The translations under genes were made by a program, and so were the position numbers. This document shows, piece after piece, positions 12,115 through 25,410 of a DNA stretch of 64,000 nt. Each line of letters starts with the position of its first letter. Position 1 is the first letter of the stretch. Below the pieces are notes generated by a model, which was not told the origin of the DNA, did no database searches, and saw only the letters and a list, made by a program, of their open reading frames with translations. The DNA is from Octopus bimaculoides (Eukaryota). The stretch is from contig NC_068985.1 of the NCBI RefSeq assembly GCF_001194135.2, positions 118,323,515 through 118,387,514 on the forward strand, in the 5' to 3' direction.

Positions 12115-14930
12115 GTGAGTAAGAAAACAAAACTAAACAAACTCAAAGAAAAATTACTCCAGAATTTCTCTTTTCGTGTTAAATTATTTGTTTCGTCTGA
12201 TGAAAACCAGACAAAAAATAGGAGACAATTTGCGCATTAGAATGGTATGAAAAGGGTTGGTGGGAGTAAAAATTTAAAAGAAAATCAACACTCTTTTTGG
12301 GGAAAATAATTTAGAATCAGTTTCTCTTGTATGAAACAGATGAATAAATAAATGAAAAAGGAATGTGTATCCGTTCTTTCCCTCACTGAGACTTGGGAGT
12401 TTGAAGGTACAGCTATTCAAAACTCCGCCGAAAATATGTTTATTGTCACTAAGTTAACAATTGTAAGGTATAATACTGCAGATTTGTTTTTAAAAAGACT
12501 AAAAGGAAAGGACAATTTTACACACTTTTAGATAATGTTAATAGTGACTAGGTTAATAACTGTTGAAAAAGTTTGGTCAGAAAACAAGTTTTCATCTCTA
12601 ACAACTCGTAAAATAGCTTTTAAGTTGATAATCCGTAAGTTTTTTTTTTTTTAACTACGGATTATCATCGTTATTGTTATTTAACTGGAGGTCAACCTTG
12701 ATTGAAAAAAATCTATGAACGACCATCTCATTTTTTAAAGGGTATCTAGGGAGTACATTATCCAATGTATTCATCCTTGTATAATACAGTGAGGTTGATT
12801 TGAAGGAGAATTGGCTGTTATTTCTCGCAGGTTGAGCCAACCGCATTGAAGCTCCCTCGTTAGACATAAAGACCAATGATTGTTGATTCTTTATGGTTGG
12901 GGAATGTGGAAGTTTTGATGTTCTTTTTTTTCCCAAACAGTATGAAACTTATGAATCAATAACACGTTTTGAAAATATTCTTTACAGCCTGTTATATCCT
13001 ATCTTTACTGACTGCTTGTGCTCGTTAACTTACCCGATTAAGTAAACGTTAACAACTTTCATATATTACGTTGAACTCTTTTACAGCATGCATTATTTAG
13101 TTACGGCTCTTTACGTTCCGAGTTCAAATCTCGCTGAGGTGAACTTAGCATCTCATCCCTTCAGCATCGATAAAATAAAGTAACCGTATTTGATGGCGTT
13201 TAAGAACTTTTTCCAGAAAGACGCCTCATAAATCATCCCGAGTCCTATATGCGAGTTTGGATTTCCCATTAGCTTTAAGGATCTAAAACAATTTCTTTTT
13301 CATTCTGGAATATATCCTGCCAAAATTTGTTGCGTCGAATATGTCCATGCATCTTTTATGCCTTCAAATACGGCACTGGCCTGGTAATGGGGTCTATTTA
13401 ATCGACTACCCTGTCCTACCATCGCCCACTAAATTTTCAAGTCTTGCGTCTATATTAGACACCGTTGTATTTATCTTTAATTCCATTGCTCCCTAAATGA
13501 TAGGAAAACCAAGTTGGGGGAAATTTTATGTTGATGGAGAGTGGTGGGGGGTGTAGAGTAATGGTTACACATGTACTAAGTTGTCACTTAGAAATTTATG
13601 AGAGTCAACTTTCGCAATTAAGTTCTATTGTTTAATATTCTTAGATTAAATAGGGTTCTAGCAGGTACAAGACAGAAAATCCTTTGTCTAGCCTTAAAAA
13701 AATATATATAAATACTGAACACGAATTCGGTTTTTCCTTCTTTCTTTTGGCGCTGATGGAGGAAGCACCTGATGCGAGGGCCAATACAACTTTCACCCTC
13801 TCTACTTGTCTACACAGACAGGTAGACCCTCTTACTTTTTCTCGCTCTCCTTTTTCCACCAGTCGTCTAGCAGTTATTCACAGACGAAATTAACTACCTA
13901 CAGAATGGATAACAGAACTAATAATAATATGTGTATAACAACAACTCAAAGAATTTGTATCTTACACTGTAACGATAAAAATAAAGGGCCATTTCAATCA
14001 ACAATATTTTCCTTCCTCTTATTTATTTGATGAATTATTTATGTAATTCATCACAATTTTGCTGGCCCCTTGCTACATATCATTACAAATGTTTTGTCAT
14101 TTACTTGTATATGATCACCAGTTTCCAATGATGTGAATGGTTATCCTACATGTTGGTCATAATGTTCCTTTATCAGACTTTGGCACTTAGCATGTCCATC
14201 CTGAACATCCAATAGATTTTTTGTATGTGGCAGAAGTAACCACCTTCACAAAGGTTTTCCTTTGTTACTGTTGTCTATTCCTGGTTGTAGTTAAGACAAC
14301 AATGAAAGGTGTTCAAATTGTGATAACCATATCATTTGTATATTAGGACCTATATAGTTCAATAAAACCTTTATTTAAGACAGTAAAATATAATTTGTGA
14401 GTTTTGGCTGCTATTTTCTGCAGATTAAGTGACCATCTGATAGCTCCCTGTTGAACAAAACAGTTAATCAATCAACAACTCTTCTTCTGTCTTACATTTT
14501 CTATTTCATATCTTCAGAATAGGTGGCTGAACTTACAAACCACTTAATTTATTATTTCAGTGAAGGGGTTGCCTTTAAAGACTGGGTTTGGGCTTATTTA
14601 CATAGGGAGGGTGATAGAATGGGAGATTTTTTTAACAACACATGTTCATAATGATATGCTAACACTATTATTAAATTTGTAAACTCCCAAGGCACTTTAT
14701 AATGTGTCTGTCACATTCTCCCATTCTTGCCTTTGTGACAATAATAAAGAATTCATCATCATCATTATTATTCATTACACTCTGAGTTCAAATCCTGTGG
14801 GGGTCAGCTTTGCCTAAAATATAGTGCCAGTCAAGTACTAGAGTTGATAGTCTCAATAGACTTCTTCCCCTTAAAATTGCTGGCCTTGTGCCAAGGTTTG
14901 AAAGAATGATGATTGTTATTAACTACAGAG

Positions 14931-15092
14931 ACTACACTCTCTGAGTGGTTGGCGTTAGAAAGGGCATCCAGCTGTAGAAACTCTGCCAAATTTAGATTGG
15001 AGCCTGGTGTTGCCATCCGGTTTCACCAGTCCTCAGTCAAATCGTCCAACCCATACTAGCATGGAAAGCGGACGTTAAACGATGATGATGAT
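14931..15092 (+). mobile_element. Repeat family C copy
   Basis: Nearly identical to 25017-25187. Confidence 0.8.
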
Positions 15093-15099
15093 TAACATA

Positions 15100-15770
15100 G
15101 CAGAGCTGGCAGAATTGCTAGTATGCTGGGCGAAATGCTTAGTGGTATTTCATCTGAATTTATATTCTGAGATCCAGTTTCACTGAGGTCGATTTTGCCT
15201 TTCATCTTTTTGGGGTCAATGAAATAAGTACCAGTTGAGCACTAAAGTTGATGTAATTGACTAGCCCCTCCCCAAATATTTCAGACCTTGTACCTATATA
15301 CATAGAAAGAATTACTATTATTATTAAGGTGGTAGATAGGCAGAATCATTAGAGCATCGTCGTAAAAAATATTTTTTGGTATTTGTTCCAGCTCTTTACA
15401 TTCTGTGTTCAGATCCCTTCATGGTCAACTTTGCTCATGGTCAAATACTAGGATCAATAATATAAAGAACCAGCGAAATCCTGGGGTTGATGGTACTGAC
15501 TAACCTCCTCCCTTCAAAAATTGCTGCCATGAGCATCAATTAGAAACCATTATTATTTGGGTGGTGAGTAGGCAGTCATTAGAGTGTCAGACAAAATCTC
15601 TAGTGGTATTTTGTTATGGTACTTTACATTCTGAGTTCATATCTCTCTGGGGCCATCTTAGCCTTTCATACCCCTTCAGTCAATAAAAAAAGAAAACCAG
15701 CCAAGTATTGGGGTTGATGATATCAGTCAACCTCTTCCCCTAACAATTACTGACCTTGTCCCCAATCTTT
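15100..15770 (+). mobile_element. Three adjacent decayed copies of SINE-like family B
   Basis: Three head-to-tail homologues separated by ATT-rich linkers, with CpG sites decayed to TG/CA. Confidence 0.7.
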
Positions 15771-15951
15771 TATATGAACCCTCAGTGATTAATAAAGAAA
15801 AGATTATAATTATAAGTATAATTATTATTATTATTATTGAGTGTGAGAACAGTGCATACCATCAAAGTGACACTGGGGTACAAATATATGAAGCCAAAGA
15901 AGATCAGAAGCCATATGAGCCAGTGCCTGGTATTGCATTATTATTAATATT

Positions 15952-15996
<45 letters not shown>

Positions 15997-16854
15997 GAGG
16001 GAGAGAGCAGTGCATGCCATCAAAGTGACGCTGGGGTCCCATCATGACTACCCATCTGATAAGGGTACACCAGGCACAAGCATCACAACCATATATATGT
16101 GACATGGTGATTTTATATCAAGATATAAAATGCATGAATTTGCAGGTGGGACCCAGTTAGAATCTTTCTCAGGTTGAGTAGCCCATCCTGCTCAAAAGAT
16201 TCCTGAATAAAGTTTGTTTAAGGACGATGAACAAAACTACCCATGTTTCCAGAGGTGAATTATTCAAACCTCAAAGAATTCCTATCAACACACAGCTATG
16301 ATGTGCCCCCACTACTTTTGCTTGTGGTTAGAGATGGACATATCATCAGCCACTAAGGAACATGCTCAACTGGTTGAGGTCAAGCAATTAACAAACAAAT
16401 CTGTGGTATTGAGCAGAATATTTGTTGCAGCTCATCTTTTACACCAAGACAAAACAATGTACATGGTAATACTTCCAATCAGTTAAGATCAGAAGCCAGT
16501 GCCTGGTACTGCATCAGGGCATTTATTATTATTATTATTATTATTATTTTATGTTTGACTTTGTTTTGCATTTGTACAAGTTGGATCCAAGTCTCACTCA
16601 GAGACCTCAAGAGACAACAAGTTAGAAGTTCATGTAGGTGTTATGCCTAGGGTACCATATATTTGGATTTGTACAGTTTTGTTCAAGTGAATGTTTAAGA
16701 AACCATAAGAAAATTATGTGTTTGCTTTAAAATTTGAGATCACNNNNNNNNNNNNNNNNNNNNNNNNNNNNNNNNNNNNNNNNNNNNNNNNNNNNNNNNN
16801 NNNNNNNNNNNNNNNNNNNNNNNNNNNNNNNNNNNNNNNNNNNNNNNNNNNNNN

Positions 16855-16896
<42 letters not shown>

Positions 16897-16916
16897 GAAT
16901 GCTATTTCTTTTTCAG

Positions 16917-17157
16917 GGGTATGACTGTGAGTTCTGGTTCTGTGACGCTCCAGAAAGATGCCCAAAATCTCATTGGAATTAGTATTGGTGGAGGTGCACC
17001 TCTGTGTCCTTGTCTCTATGTGGTCCAAGTGTTTGACAACACTCCTGCAGCAAAGGATGGCCAGTTAGCTTCGGGTGATGAAATTGTTGGCGTCAATGGA
17101 CAGACTGTTAAAGGAAAAACCAAAGTTGAAGTCGCCAAAATGATTCAAGCCATCAAG
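16917..17157 (+). CDS. PICK1: PICK1 coding exon 2, PDZ domain
   Basis: GMTVSSGSVTLQKDAQNLIGISIGGGAPLCPCLYVVQVFDNTPAAKDG...KTKVEVAKMIQAIK matches the PICK1 PDZ, with KD and CPC motifs retained. TTTTCAG acceptor; AAG|GTAAAC donor. Confidence 0.97.
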
Positions 17158-17199
17158 GTAAACTCTAAGCTATTCAAAAGAAAGCACTTGTAGATATAA

Positions 17200-17200
17200 A

Positions 17201-17286
<86 letters not shown>

Positions 17287-17295
17287 ACAGTTGTA
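17200..17295. repeat. Compound (AGT)n(AGC)n microsatellite
   Basis: Seen directly. It explains the poly-L, poly-Y and poly-C ORFs in the track. Confidence 0.95.
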
Positions 17296-18429
17296 GCAGC
17301 ACTTGGTGTTGATAGTGGTGGAGGTGATGTTTAGTCTTAGGAGAGTCTTGATTGAGGTGACCTGCGACCAAAAGTATTGTAGGTACACTTAATTTGCTGT
17401 CTGCTCTATGGTGCCTTTACGTAAGGTCCAATCTATTGCAAGCATTCATGTAAAATCAATGATGTGAGAATAACTTTCTCCCTCCTTATCACCAATCTCA
17501 GAAGTCCTGAAAAGGATTATGGGTGTTGACTCCTCTCTCTTTGACTTATCATCATCATCATCATCATTTAATGTCAGTTTTTCTGTGCTAGGTGGGTTGG
17601 ATGGCTTGATAGGAACTGTCGGAAGATTTCACCAAGCTCTGCTGTCTGCTTTGGCATGGTTTCTATGGCTAGATGCCCTTTCTAATGCCAACCATTTTAT
17701 AGAGTGTACTGAGTGCTTTTTTCACCTAGTAACTTGCAACACAAGACCCTGCAACTGAAATGGGGAGTAGTATTGAAGGACAGGAAAAAGTGTCTTGTAT
17801 TAGAGAGGACCTGTGACCAAAAGTATTGCAGGTACACTTAATTTGCTGTCTTCTCCATGGTGCCTTTACTATAACCCTGGGCTGACTGATTCCTTATGAG
17901 TTGCTTAGATAGATGGAAACTGTAAAAAGCCTATTGTATATGTATGTATATGTGTGTGCATACTTGTTCAGCTGTGAAGGATGACATTGCTGTCATCTGC
18001 TGGCTTTCCTCTTTTGACGATGTGTAGAATAAGATATCCCTTACTTAAGAAACAGGTCAGGATTAATGACAGAGTGGGCATCTGGCTGTAAAACAATGCT
18101 TCAACAATATATTTGCATAACCCATGTTTGCATAGGAAAGCAGATATAAGAATGAATGAATAGATGTATGTGTGTGTTTGAATGTTGATATTTAATGCTT
18201 GTCACCTCTTGAGGGAAACAGTAATGATTTCTTTCATAGGTCATTGATTTCATTAACCAGTAATTATTGTTCAAATTCTGCCAGAGGATAATTAAGCTTA
18301 CTGTACCTCTTCCTCTAAATATGTGACATTGTGTCTGTGTTAGAAATTGTTATTGCAGTTGTTGTTATTTAACGTAAGAAGGAAGTTAGTATATGTCTTG
18401 TCTGTCTGTCTATCCTTACCCACTTTGAC

Positions 18430-19700
18430 CGATCCCTACTTCCTTTAACTGTTTATCTTCTATTATCTGATCTCTACTCCTTTTATCTGATTCTAATTTC
18501 TTTGCCTGATCCCTAGTTCCTTTGCTTGCTCTCTACTTCCTCTACATGAACCGCTTTTTATTTACTCCCTAGTTTCCTTGACTGGTCCCTAATTTCTTGG
18601 ACTGATTCCTACATATTTTGACTGATCTCTACTTCTTTTATCTGATTCTAATTTCTTTGCCTGATCCCTACTTCCTTTGCTTGCTCTCTACTTCCTCTAC
18701 ATANNNNNNNNNNNNNNNNNNNNNNNNNNNNNNNNNNNNNNNNNNNNNNNNNNNNNNNNNNNNNNNNNNNNNNNNNNNNNNNNNNNNNNNNNNNNNNNNN
18801 NNNNNNNNNNNNNNNNNNNNNNNNNNNNNNNNNNNNNNNNNNNNNNNNNNNNNNNNNNNNNNNNNNNNNNNNNNNNNNNNNNNNNNNNNNNNNNNNNNNN
18901 NNNNNNNNNNNNNNNNNNNNNNNNNNNNNNNNNNNNNNNNNNNNNNNNNNNNNNNNNNNNNNNNNNNNNNNNNNNNNNNNNNNNNNNNNNNNNNNNNNNN
19001 NNNNNNNNNNNNNNNNNNNNNNNNNNNNNNNNNNNNNNNNNNNNNNNNNNNNNNNNNNNNNNNNNNNNNNNNNNNNNNNNNNNNNNNNNNNNNNNNNNNN
19101 NNNNNNNNNNNNNNNNNNNNNNNNNNNNNNNNNNNNNNNNNNNNNNNNNNNNNNNNNNNNNNNNNNNNNNNNNNNNNNNNNNNNNNNNNNNNNNNNNNNN
19201 NNNNNNNNNNNNNNNNNNNNNNNNNNNNNNNNNNNNNNNNNNNNNNNNNNNNNNNNNNNNNNNNNNNNNNNNNNNNNNNNNNNNNNNNNNNNNNNNNNNN
19301 NNNNNNNNNNNNNNNNNNNNNNNNNNNNNNNNNNNNNNNNNNNNNNNNNNNNNNNNNNNNNNNNNNNNNNNNNNNNNNNNNGTTCCTTTGCTTGCTCTCT
19401 ACTTCCTCTACATGAACCGCTTTTTATTTACTCCCTAGTTTCCTTGACTGGTCCCTAATTTCTTGGACTGATTCCTACATATTTTGACTGATCTCTACTT
19501 CTTTTATCTGATTCTAATTTCTTTGCCTGATCCCTACTTCCTTTGCTTGCTCTCTACTTCCTCTACATAAACCGCTTTTTAGTTACTCCCTAGTTTCCTT
19601 GACTGGTCCCTAATTCCTTGGACTGATTCCTACATATTTTGACTGATCTCTACTTCTTTTTTGACTCCCTACTTCTTTTGCCTGACATCTACTTTATCTA
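18430..19700. repeat. 155-bp CT-rich tandem repeat (partly in N gap), PICK1 intron 2
   Basis: tgatctctac anchors at 18468/18623 and 19489/19644 (spacing 155). Built from shorter tgatccctacttc-like sub-repeats. Confidence 0.9.
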
Positions 19701-20802
19701 ATCTCTTCTTATTTTGTCTGATCTTAATTTCTTTTCATTGGTCCCTCTTCATCTGTTTGCTATTTCCTTTGCCTGATTCCTTGTAATTTTCTCTGGTCCT
19801 TATTTTCTTTCTTTCACCTTTACTCTTTTTTCCTTACCCCTTTTGTCTGGTCCCTACTTCTGTGTCCAAATGATGTTCACCAACACTTTCATCTGAAGAG
19901 CTTTATGTATTGTTGCTTAACTCTAATTTCATGTCATTAACCTAATAACAAACAAAGTTCAATATAGAGAGGACTCCTTTGTATCTCTGACCCATGCTCA
20001 ACAGCCAGGTAAAATGTAGAATTATTTACAAAATCAGTGCTAATATTTCTTTGTATCTAGGTAGAATATACTACCTAAATACATGAAAGTACACTTGCTG
20101 GGTCTGATGGGGCAGTGGCTTTGGTGTTCATAGGTGTAGTTGATATCATTAATGTTCCACTTGAACTGCCGCAAGTTGACAACTGCAGGAAAGACATGAG
20201 CAGAGAAGAGATTTCAGGGGCTGACATTCTGAGGAGACCCAGTTTAGACTGAAATACACATGTGTACTTGGAATTTAATGATTTGTTTTTTTCATGAAAT
20301 AAACAAGTTTGCTATTAAATTTTAATAATGAATGTCATGAAACAGCTTAGCATGAAATAAATTATTGTCATAGAAATCAAACAAATGGACTAATCAAAAA
20401 TTAACTGTGTTTGGTTTTGCTTATGTTACATTCCTGACATATAAACTCTATTCAGTCTCTTCCAAGTCTCCCTGATTGCAGTTGTAGCTTGTAAAGTGAA
20501 ACCTGTGGTTTTATTTTCTCATTCCTGAATGCAAATTACAGTTGCATATGGTGGTTGTTGTATTGGGTTTCCTGCTACACCCAATGCCACCAAATTTCAT
20601 GGGTATAACAAAAGTTTTCCATTAAGATTTGTGTTTAAATTAATGAGTATGGTTAATATTTATAATGAATTTGCCATTTTCAATGAGTGTGCAGTCCACA
20701 CCTAGCACACTTGGAATATATGCACCTGGGAAATTATCTTAACCAATGTAAACAATCATATGTTCTACAATATAACTAGACTTGTTAAACATTTTTTTTT
20801 AG

Positions 20803-20869
20803 GGAGAAGTCACAGTTCATTTCAATAAACTTCATGCTGACCCAAAACAAGGGAAATCATTGGACATAG
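20803..20869 (+). CDS. PICK1: PICK1 coding exon 3 (GEVTVHFNKLHADPKQGKSLDI)
   Basis: Homologous to human GEVTIHYNKLQADPKQGMSLDI. AG acceptor and GTAAGT donor; frame consistent. Confidence 0.95.
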
Positions 20870-22781
20870 GTAAGTAAAGTGTTTTTATTTATAACTATTC
20901 ACTGGAATTGTGGAAGCTTGCTGGGTTGTAGAGAAAGTAACGATGCTTTTTTTTACTGTTTCCTATATATTGAGGTCCAAATTTTGTTTAAACAGATGAC
21001 AAACCTCAAAGAAGGTTAAATGCATCTGCAGTGATGACATTCATCTTGCTCCGATATATATATATATATTGTTTTTGATACATGTCCACAAAGAGATTTT
21101 TATCTCAGACAACTTCACAGCATCATTGACTTTCAATGGTGTGTATAATTTAGTATGATACGCAGATGACAATTTTAATCTAATACTGCTTTAATTCTGT
21201 ATGCAAGGTCTTATTTATATATTCTATAATAGTAATGTGGTACTTTGATTGTGTGATTAAGGTACTTGACTACTGCCCAAATGGCCATAAGTTCAAATCT
21301 TTCTTTAGCCAGTGTGATGTACATGTGATTAAAGGACATAACCTGTTTGCTTCAATTGGTGTGGCTGATAAAAACCTTGTCTTCAACTTCACAAATGGTA
21401 GGAAATGGATTTGCTTATAGAAACAAATGCTCCAACGAAGCAAATAACTGTCCTATCCTTGTAAACCTGAAAAATTGTATGTAAAACAGAGAAAAAGTAT
21501 TACTGAAATATTCAGATCTTTTCTTATGTGTTCTGGTAGATTAAAAGAATTTTAATAAGCGGAAAATTGAACTGGAGATTGAGGCTTTCCAGTACACAAA
21601 AGTTTAGTGACATGTACTTTAGTACTATGATTTTTTAATAGTGACAAATACTAACTAGTACCCACCACCTCAACAGAAAATTAGTGAAATAGTTGCCTCT
21701 TCTCTCTTTGTTACAGAGAAGACAAAGATTTTGCTTCCATATAAGTCTTTCTTGGTGTCAGACAAGTTTAAAACGTTTAAACATGTCTTGATTTTATGGA
21801 ATATGGCAATTTGTCTGCTCCCTTTTCTTAGTGTTCACAGCCTCCTTCCCTGTGAGAAATGCTGCTTTGATATTCCTTGTTTTCTGATAAAATAGAATAT
21901 ATATGAGCAGAAGATCATTTCTTGGCATTTTAGATTCATTCATATGATATAATGAATGGAGGGCAAGTTTATTGATCTATTGTTGTGATATATTGTATCA
22001 TGAAGTGGGGGAGATAATAGAGTCACTATAAACTGAAGGGTTAGTATTTTGTTTTGATCACCAGTGTTGTACTGAGATGAATTTTAAAGATATTTAACCT
22101 TCAATGTCTCAGTTTATCAAGTTGTAAGCAAGACTTAGTGTTTTTTACCTGGGACTATGTCAACCAATGTATCCTTTTTTTCTAAGATAACAGCCTGTCA
22201 CTTGAAGAAGGTTTGATTAACCTGCCAGCAGATTAAGTGATAACATTGAAGGTTCCTTATTGGTAATTGTGTTGTTGAATAGCTTTAGGTCATCTCTGAT
22301 CCAACAGATTAATGAAAGGGAATCCAACCAGGACCATTCCATCCTCCTCCTAGACATAGTGGTTGTTTTTTTTTTAAGAGAGTAGATGTGTTATGCGGAG
22401 CATTGGCTGCAATTTCTTGCAGATTGAGCAACCATATAAAGATTTCCTTATTAACATGTGAAACTATCCCAAAGTGCAGACTGTGTCCCTAAATAAACCA
22501 TATTAACTCTTTCAGGCCTAGTCAATCATGTGACAAAATACCAGATGAAATTATATTGTTCTTATAGGTTATAAGACATTGTACTTTCAGAAATATCCAA
22601 CCATGTCAGCACTGTAGAATACATTTAAAACCTTTAAAGAAGAAAATGCATGTTTTAATGATTTATACTTTTGAAATATTTTGGAACAAATTGATATTTT
22701 TTTTAATGAAGTGTTCTTCTGTCATGATTTTGTGTTCATGTCATATTATGTGGTTTTCTGCTTTTGTTTTATGTCTTCTAG

Positions 22782-22871
22782 TATTGAAAAAGGTCAAGCA
22801 TCGTTTTGTGGAAAATATGAACTCCAACACAGCAGATGCTTTAGGGTTAAGTCGAGCCATCTTATGCAATG
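22782..22871 (+). CDS. PICK1: PICK1 coding exon 4 (VLKKVKHRFVENMNSNTADALGLSRAILCN)
   Basis: Near-identical to the PICK1 linker. TCTAG acceptor, G|GTAAGT donor. Confidence 0.96.
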
Positions 22872-25001
22872 GTAAGTTCATCTTATTTGAAGTATTTTGT
22901 GTATGTTTGAATTTTATTGATGTGCATTTAAATAGGTGCAGGTGTAGTTATATGGTTAAGAAGTTTTCTCCCCAACTACATGGTTAAGTCCTACTGTGTG
23001 GCACCTTGGAATAGTGTCTTCTACTATAGTCCAGGGCCAACCGAAGTTTTGGAGTGGATTTGGTAAACAAAAACTCTAAGAAGCTGTGTGTGTTTGTGTG
23101 TGTGTGCATTTGTATCTCGGTGTCCTGACATTCTGGGTTAGTTGAGAATGTGTATCACTGTCATACAAGCAGTGTTACTCATTTCCAGTATTCTGTGGGT
23201 TGCCTGAAAACAGGTGAGGGCTAGTGACAGTATTTTAACACTTTGAAATGGTCATTGTTTTAACCAGGTCCATTTTGGATAATAAAACTGTTATGCTGTG
23301 TAGCTCCATCATTGTTTAAATGTTAAAGAACAGTTACTTTGATGAGACTAACCATATTTTCATCGTTTTAATCATTATTATAAGGTATTTTATGCACTCC
23401 CATTGAACACCTTTCTCTATTTTAGTCAAACTGTAAACAATTCATGTCTGTACATGTAACAGTTTTGTAAAACCTACAAAACAGTGGTTCCCTAAAATAT
23501 TTTGTCTCAGAGACCTTATACAATTTTCCAAATTATTATTTTGTAAAATACATTTTTATTAAATTTTATTAAAAGACTTATTTCACAGAATACCAGAATG
23601 TTTTCATGAAACCTACTTCAAAGAAACAGTGCACTAGAAAACTGGTACCTCCACCTGTATTCAATGTCATTATCTAGGTTTATAGAAATGGTGATTCAGA
23701 TCATAGAGTAGCAGACTAAATGCATTGTAGTTTTGAGTTCAAATCCTGCTGAGGTTGAATTTGATTTTCATCCTTCATGGATGACAAAATCAGTACTTGA
23801 TTTGGTCAGGTGAAGTCTTTTCAATCACAAAAAATTGGTCTTGTACCTAAGAAAGAAATTTATGTCCATTATCATCTTTCAATAATAGTCTTTTGCACAT
23901 TTTACGATCTGTTATTATTGCATACAACATAATGAGCTAACAAAGGAGACCTTATGTAGTTGTTTGACCTGCTAGTAATAACAGCCAAATCTACTTCAAT
24001 TCACACCTTAAAAAAAAGGACACATTGATTGTAGTTGTAGGTACACTGAAAAAATGGAATAGTCGAAACACCTTTGATCATAAGTCTGTTGGACTAGGGC
24101 TAGCTTGGGCTAAGCAATAACTAACATGTTTCACACATTTTTAAAACATTACAATTTGGGAGGGAAAATTTTCTCTATGAAATATAAAGAGTACTTTTGT
24201 AATATATTTATGTTATATCTAGTTGGTGGCAAATTGGCAGAATTTTGATAGCATTGCATTGATTGCCTCATGGTATTTGTTCTGACTGTCTACATTCTGA
24301 GATCAAATCCCTCTGGATCAACTTTGCTTTTCATCCTTTTGAGGTTGATAAAAAAAATACCAGTTCAGAGCAGTATTAATATTTGGTGAAACTGTAAATC
24401 AGGATGTCAAATTAAATGTTTTGTGGAATTTGTTCTGGTTCTCTGTGTTCTGAGTCAAATTTCATCTAGGTGCCTAAAAAGTGCCCTTACCAACCTATAG
24501 AGTTAATATAGTAAGTAAGGCAAATTTTTAAAATAAAGGCCAACACCAAATAGATAATACTGGATAGAGTTGAGGGAGAAGTGAATGAAATATCTAGTAA
24601 CTGGAAAATACAATACAACTAATCTGAGCAACTACACCATCTAAGAATGTTGGCTTTTTTATTGTCTATGAAGTAATAGAAAGTCTGCAACAGGACTGAC
24701 CTGTGGATTGCTAGAATCAATGACCAGAATGCTTTGTGGTATTTAGTTATAGTCCTTTACATTCTGAATTATAGTTATTAAGTTATAGTCCTTTACATAC
24801 CTTAGTCAACTTTGCCTGTCACACTCTAGAGTTGATAAAATAAAGTACCAGTCAAGTACTGAGGTTGATCTAATTGACTAACTCCTTTTCTCCAAATATT
24901 TGGCCTTATGTCTGTATTATAAATTATCTCTGAAGTAATAGATAGTCTCCATGGAACTAACCTAAATTGACATTCTATTTAAGAATATTTATTTATTATC
25001 T

Positions 25002-25187
25002 ACGTAAAAGCACCCACTACACTCTCTGAGTGGTTTATGTTAGGAAGGGCATCCAGCTGTAGAAACTCTGCCAAATTGGATTCGAGCCTGGTGTTGCCAT
25101 CCGGTTTCACCAGTCCTCAGTCAAATCGTCCAACCCATGCTAGCATGGAAAGCAGATGTTAAACGATGATGATGATGATGATGATGA
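25002..25187 (+). mobile_element. Repeat family C copy, inverted relative to 27991-28177
   Basis: Near-perfect reverse complement of 27991-28177. Confidence 0.8.
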
Positions 25188-25293
25188 ATAGATATAATAA
25201 AGGAATGCCCATCAGGAAAAGCCTTAAAGTCTGAATATGTGTAATTTGTGTCATCTTTTTACATTTTCTGATAAAATTTATTTTGTTTTGCAG

Positions 25294-25410
25294 ATGGGCT
25301 TGTTAAGAAACTGGAAGAACTAGAAAAAACTGCTGAGATGTACTGTGGCTTGATTGAACATGCTAAAAGGCTATTGAAAGCAACATTTGAACTATCTCAG
25401 TCATATAAAA
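25294..25410 (+). CDS. PICK1: PICK1 coding exon 5, BAR domain start (DGLVKKLEELEKTAEMYCGLIEHAKRLLKATFELSQSYK)
   Basis: Homologous to human DGLVKRLEELERTAELYKG. TTGCAG acceptor, GTAAGT donor. Confidence 0.95.

Noticed and set aside
12655-12936. 93-aa minus-strand ORF
   Set aside because: It overlaps a dispersed repeat also seen at about 7165-7340 and 23955-24120, and has no recognisable protein motif.
13755-13825. Possible alternative first exon MEEAPDARANTTF... with CAG|GTAGAC donor
   Set aside because: The donor is phase 0 and weak, while PICK1 exon 2 needs phase 2. No homology recognised.
18618-19438. Long ORFs in the track (also 35972-37009, 50087-51184, 51542-53053, 54783-55577, 57754-58699)
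   Set aside because: They are open only because they run through N gaps or microsatellites.
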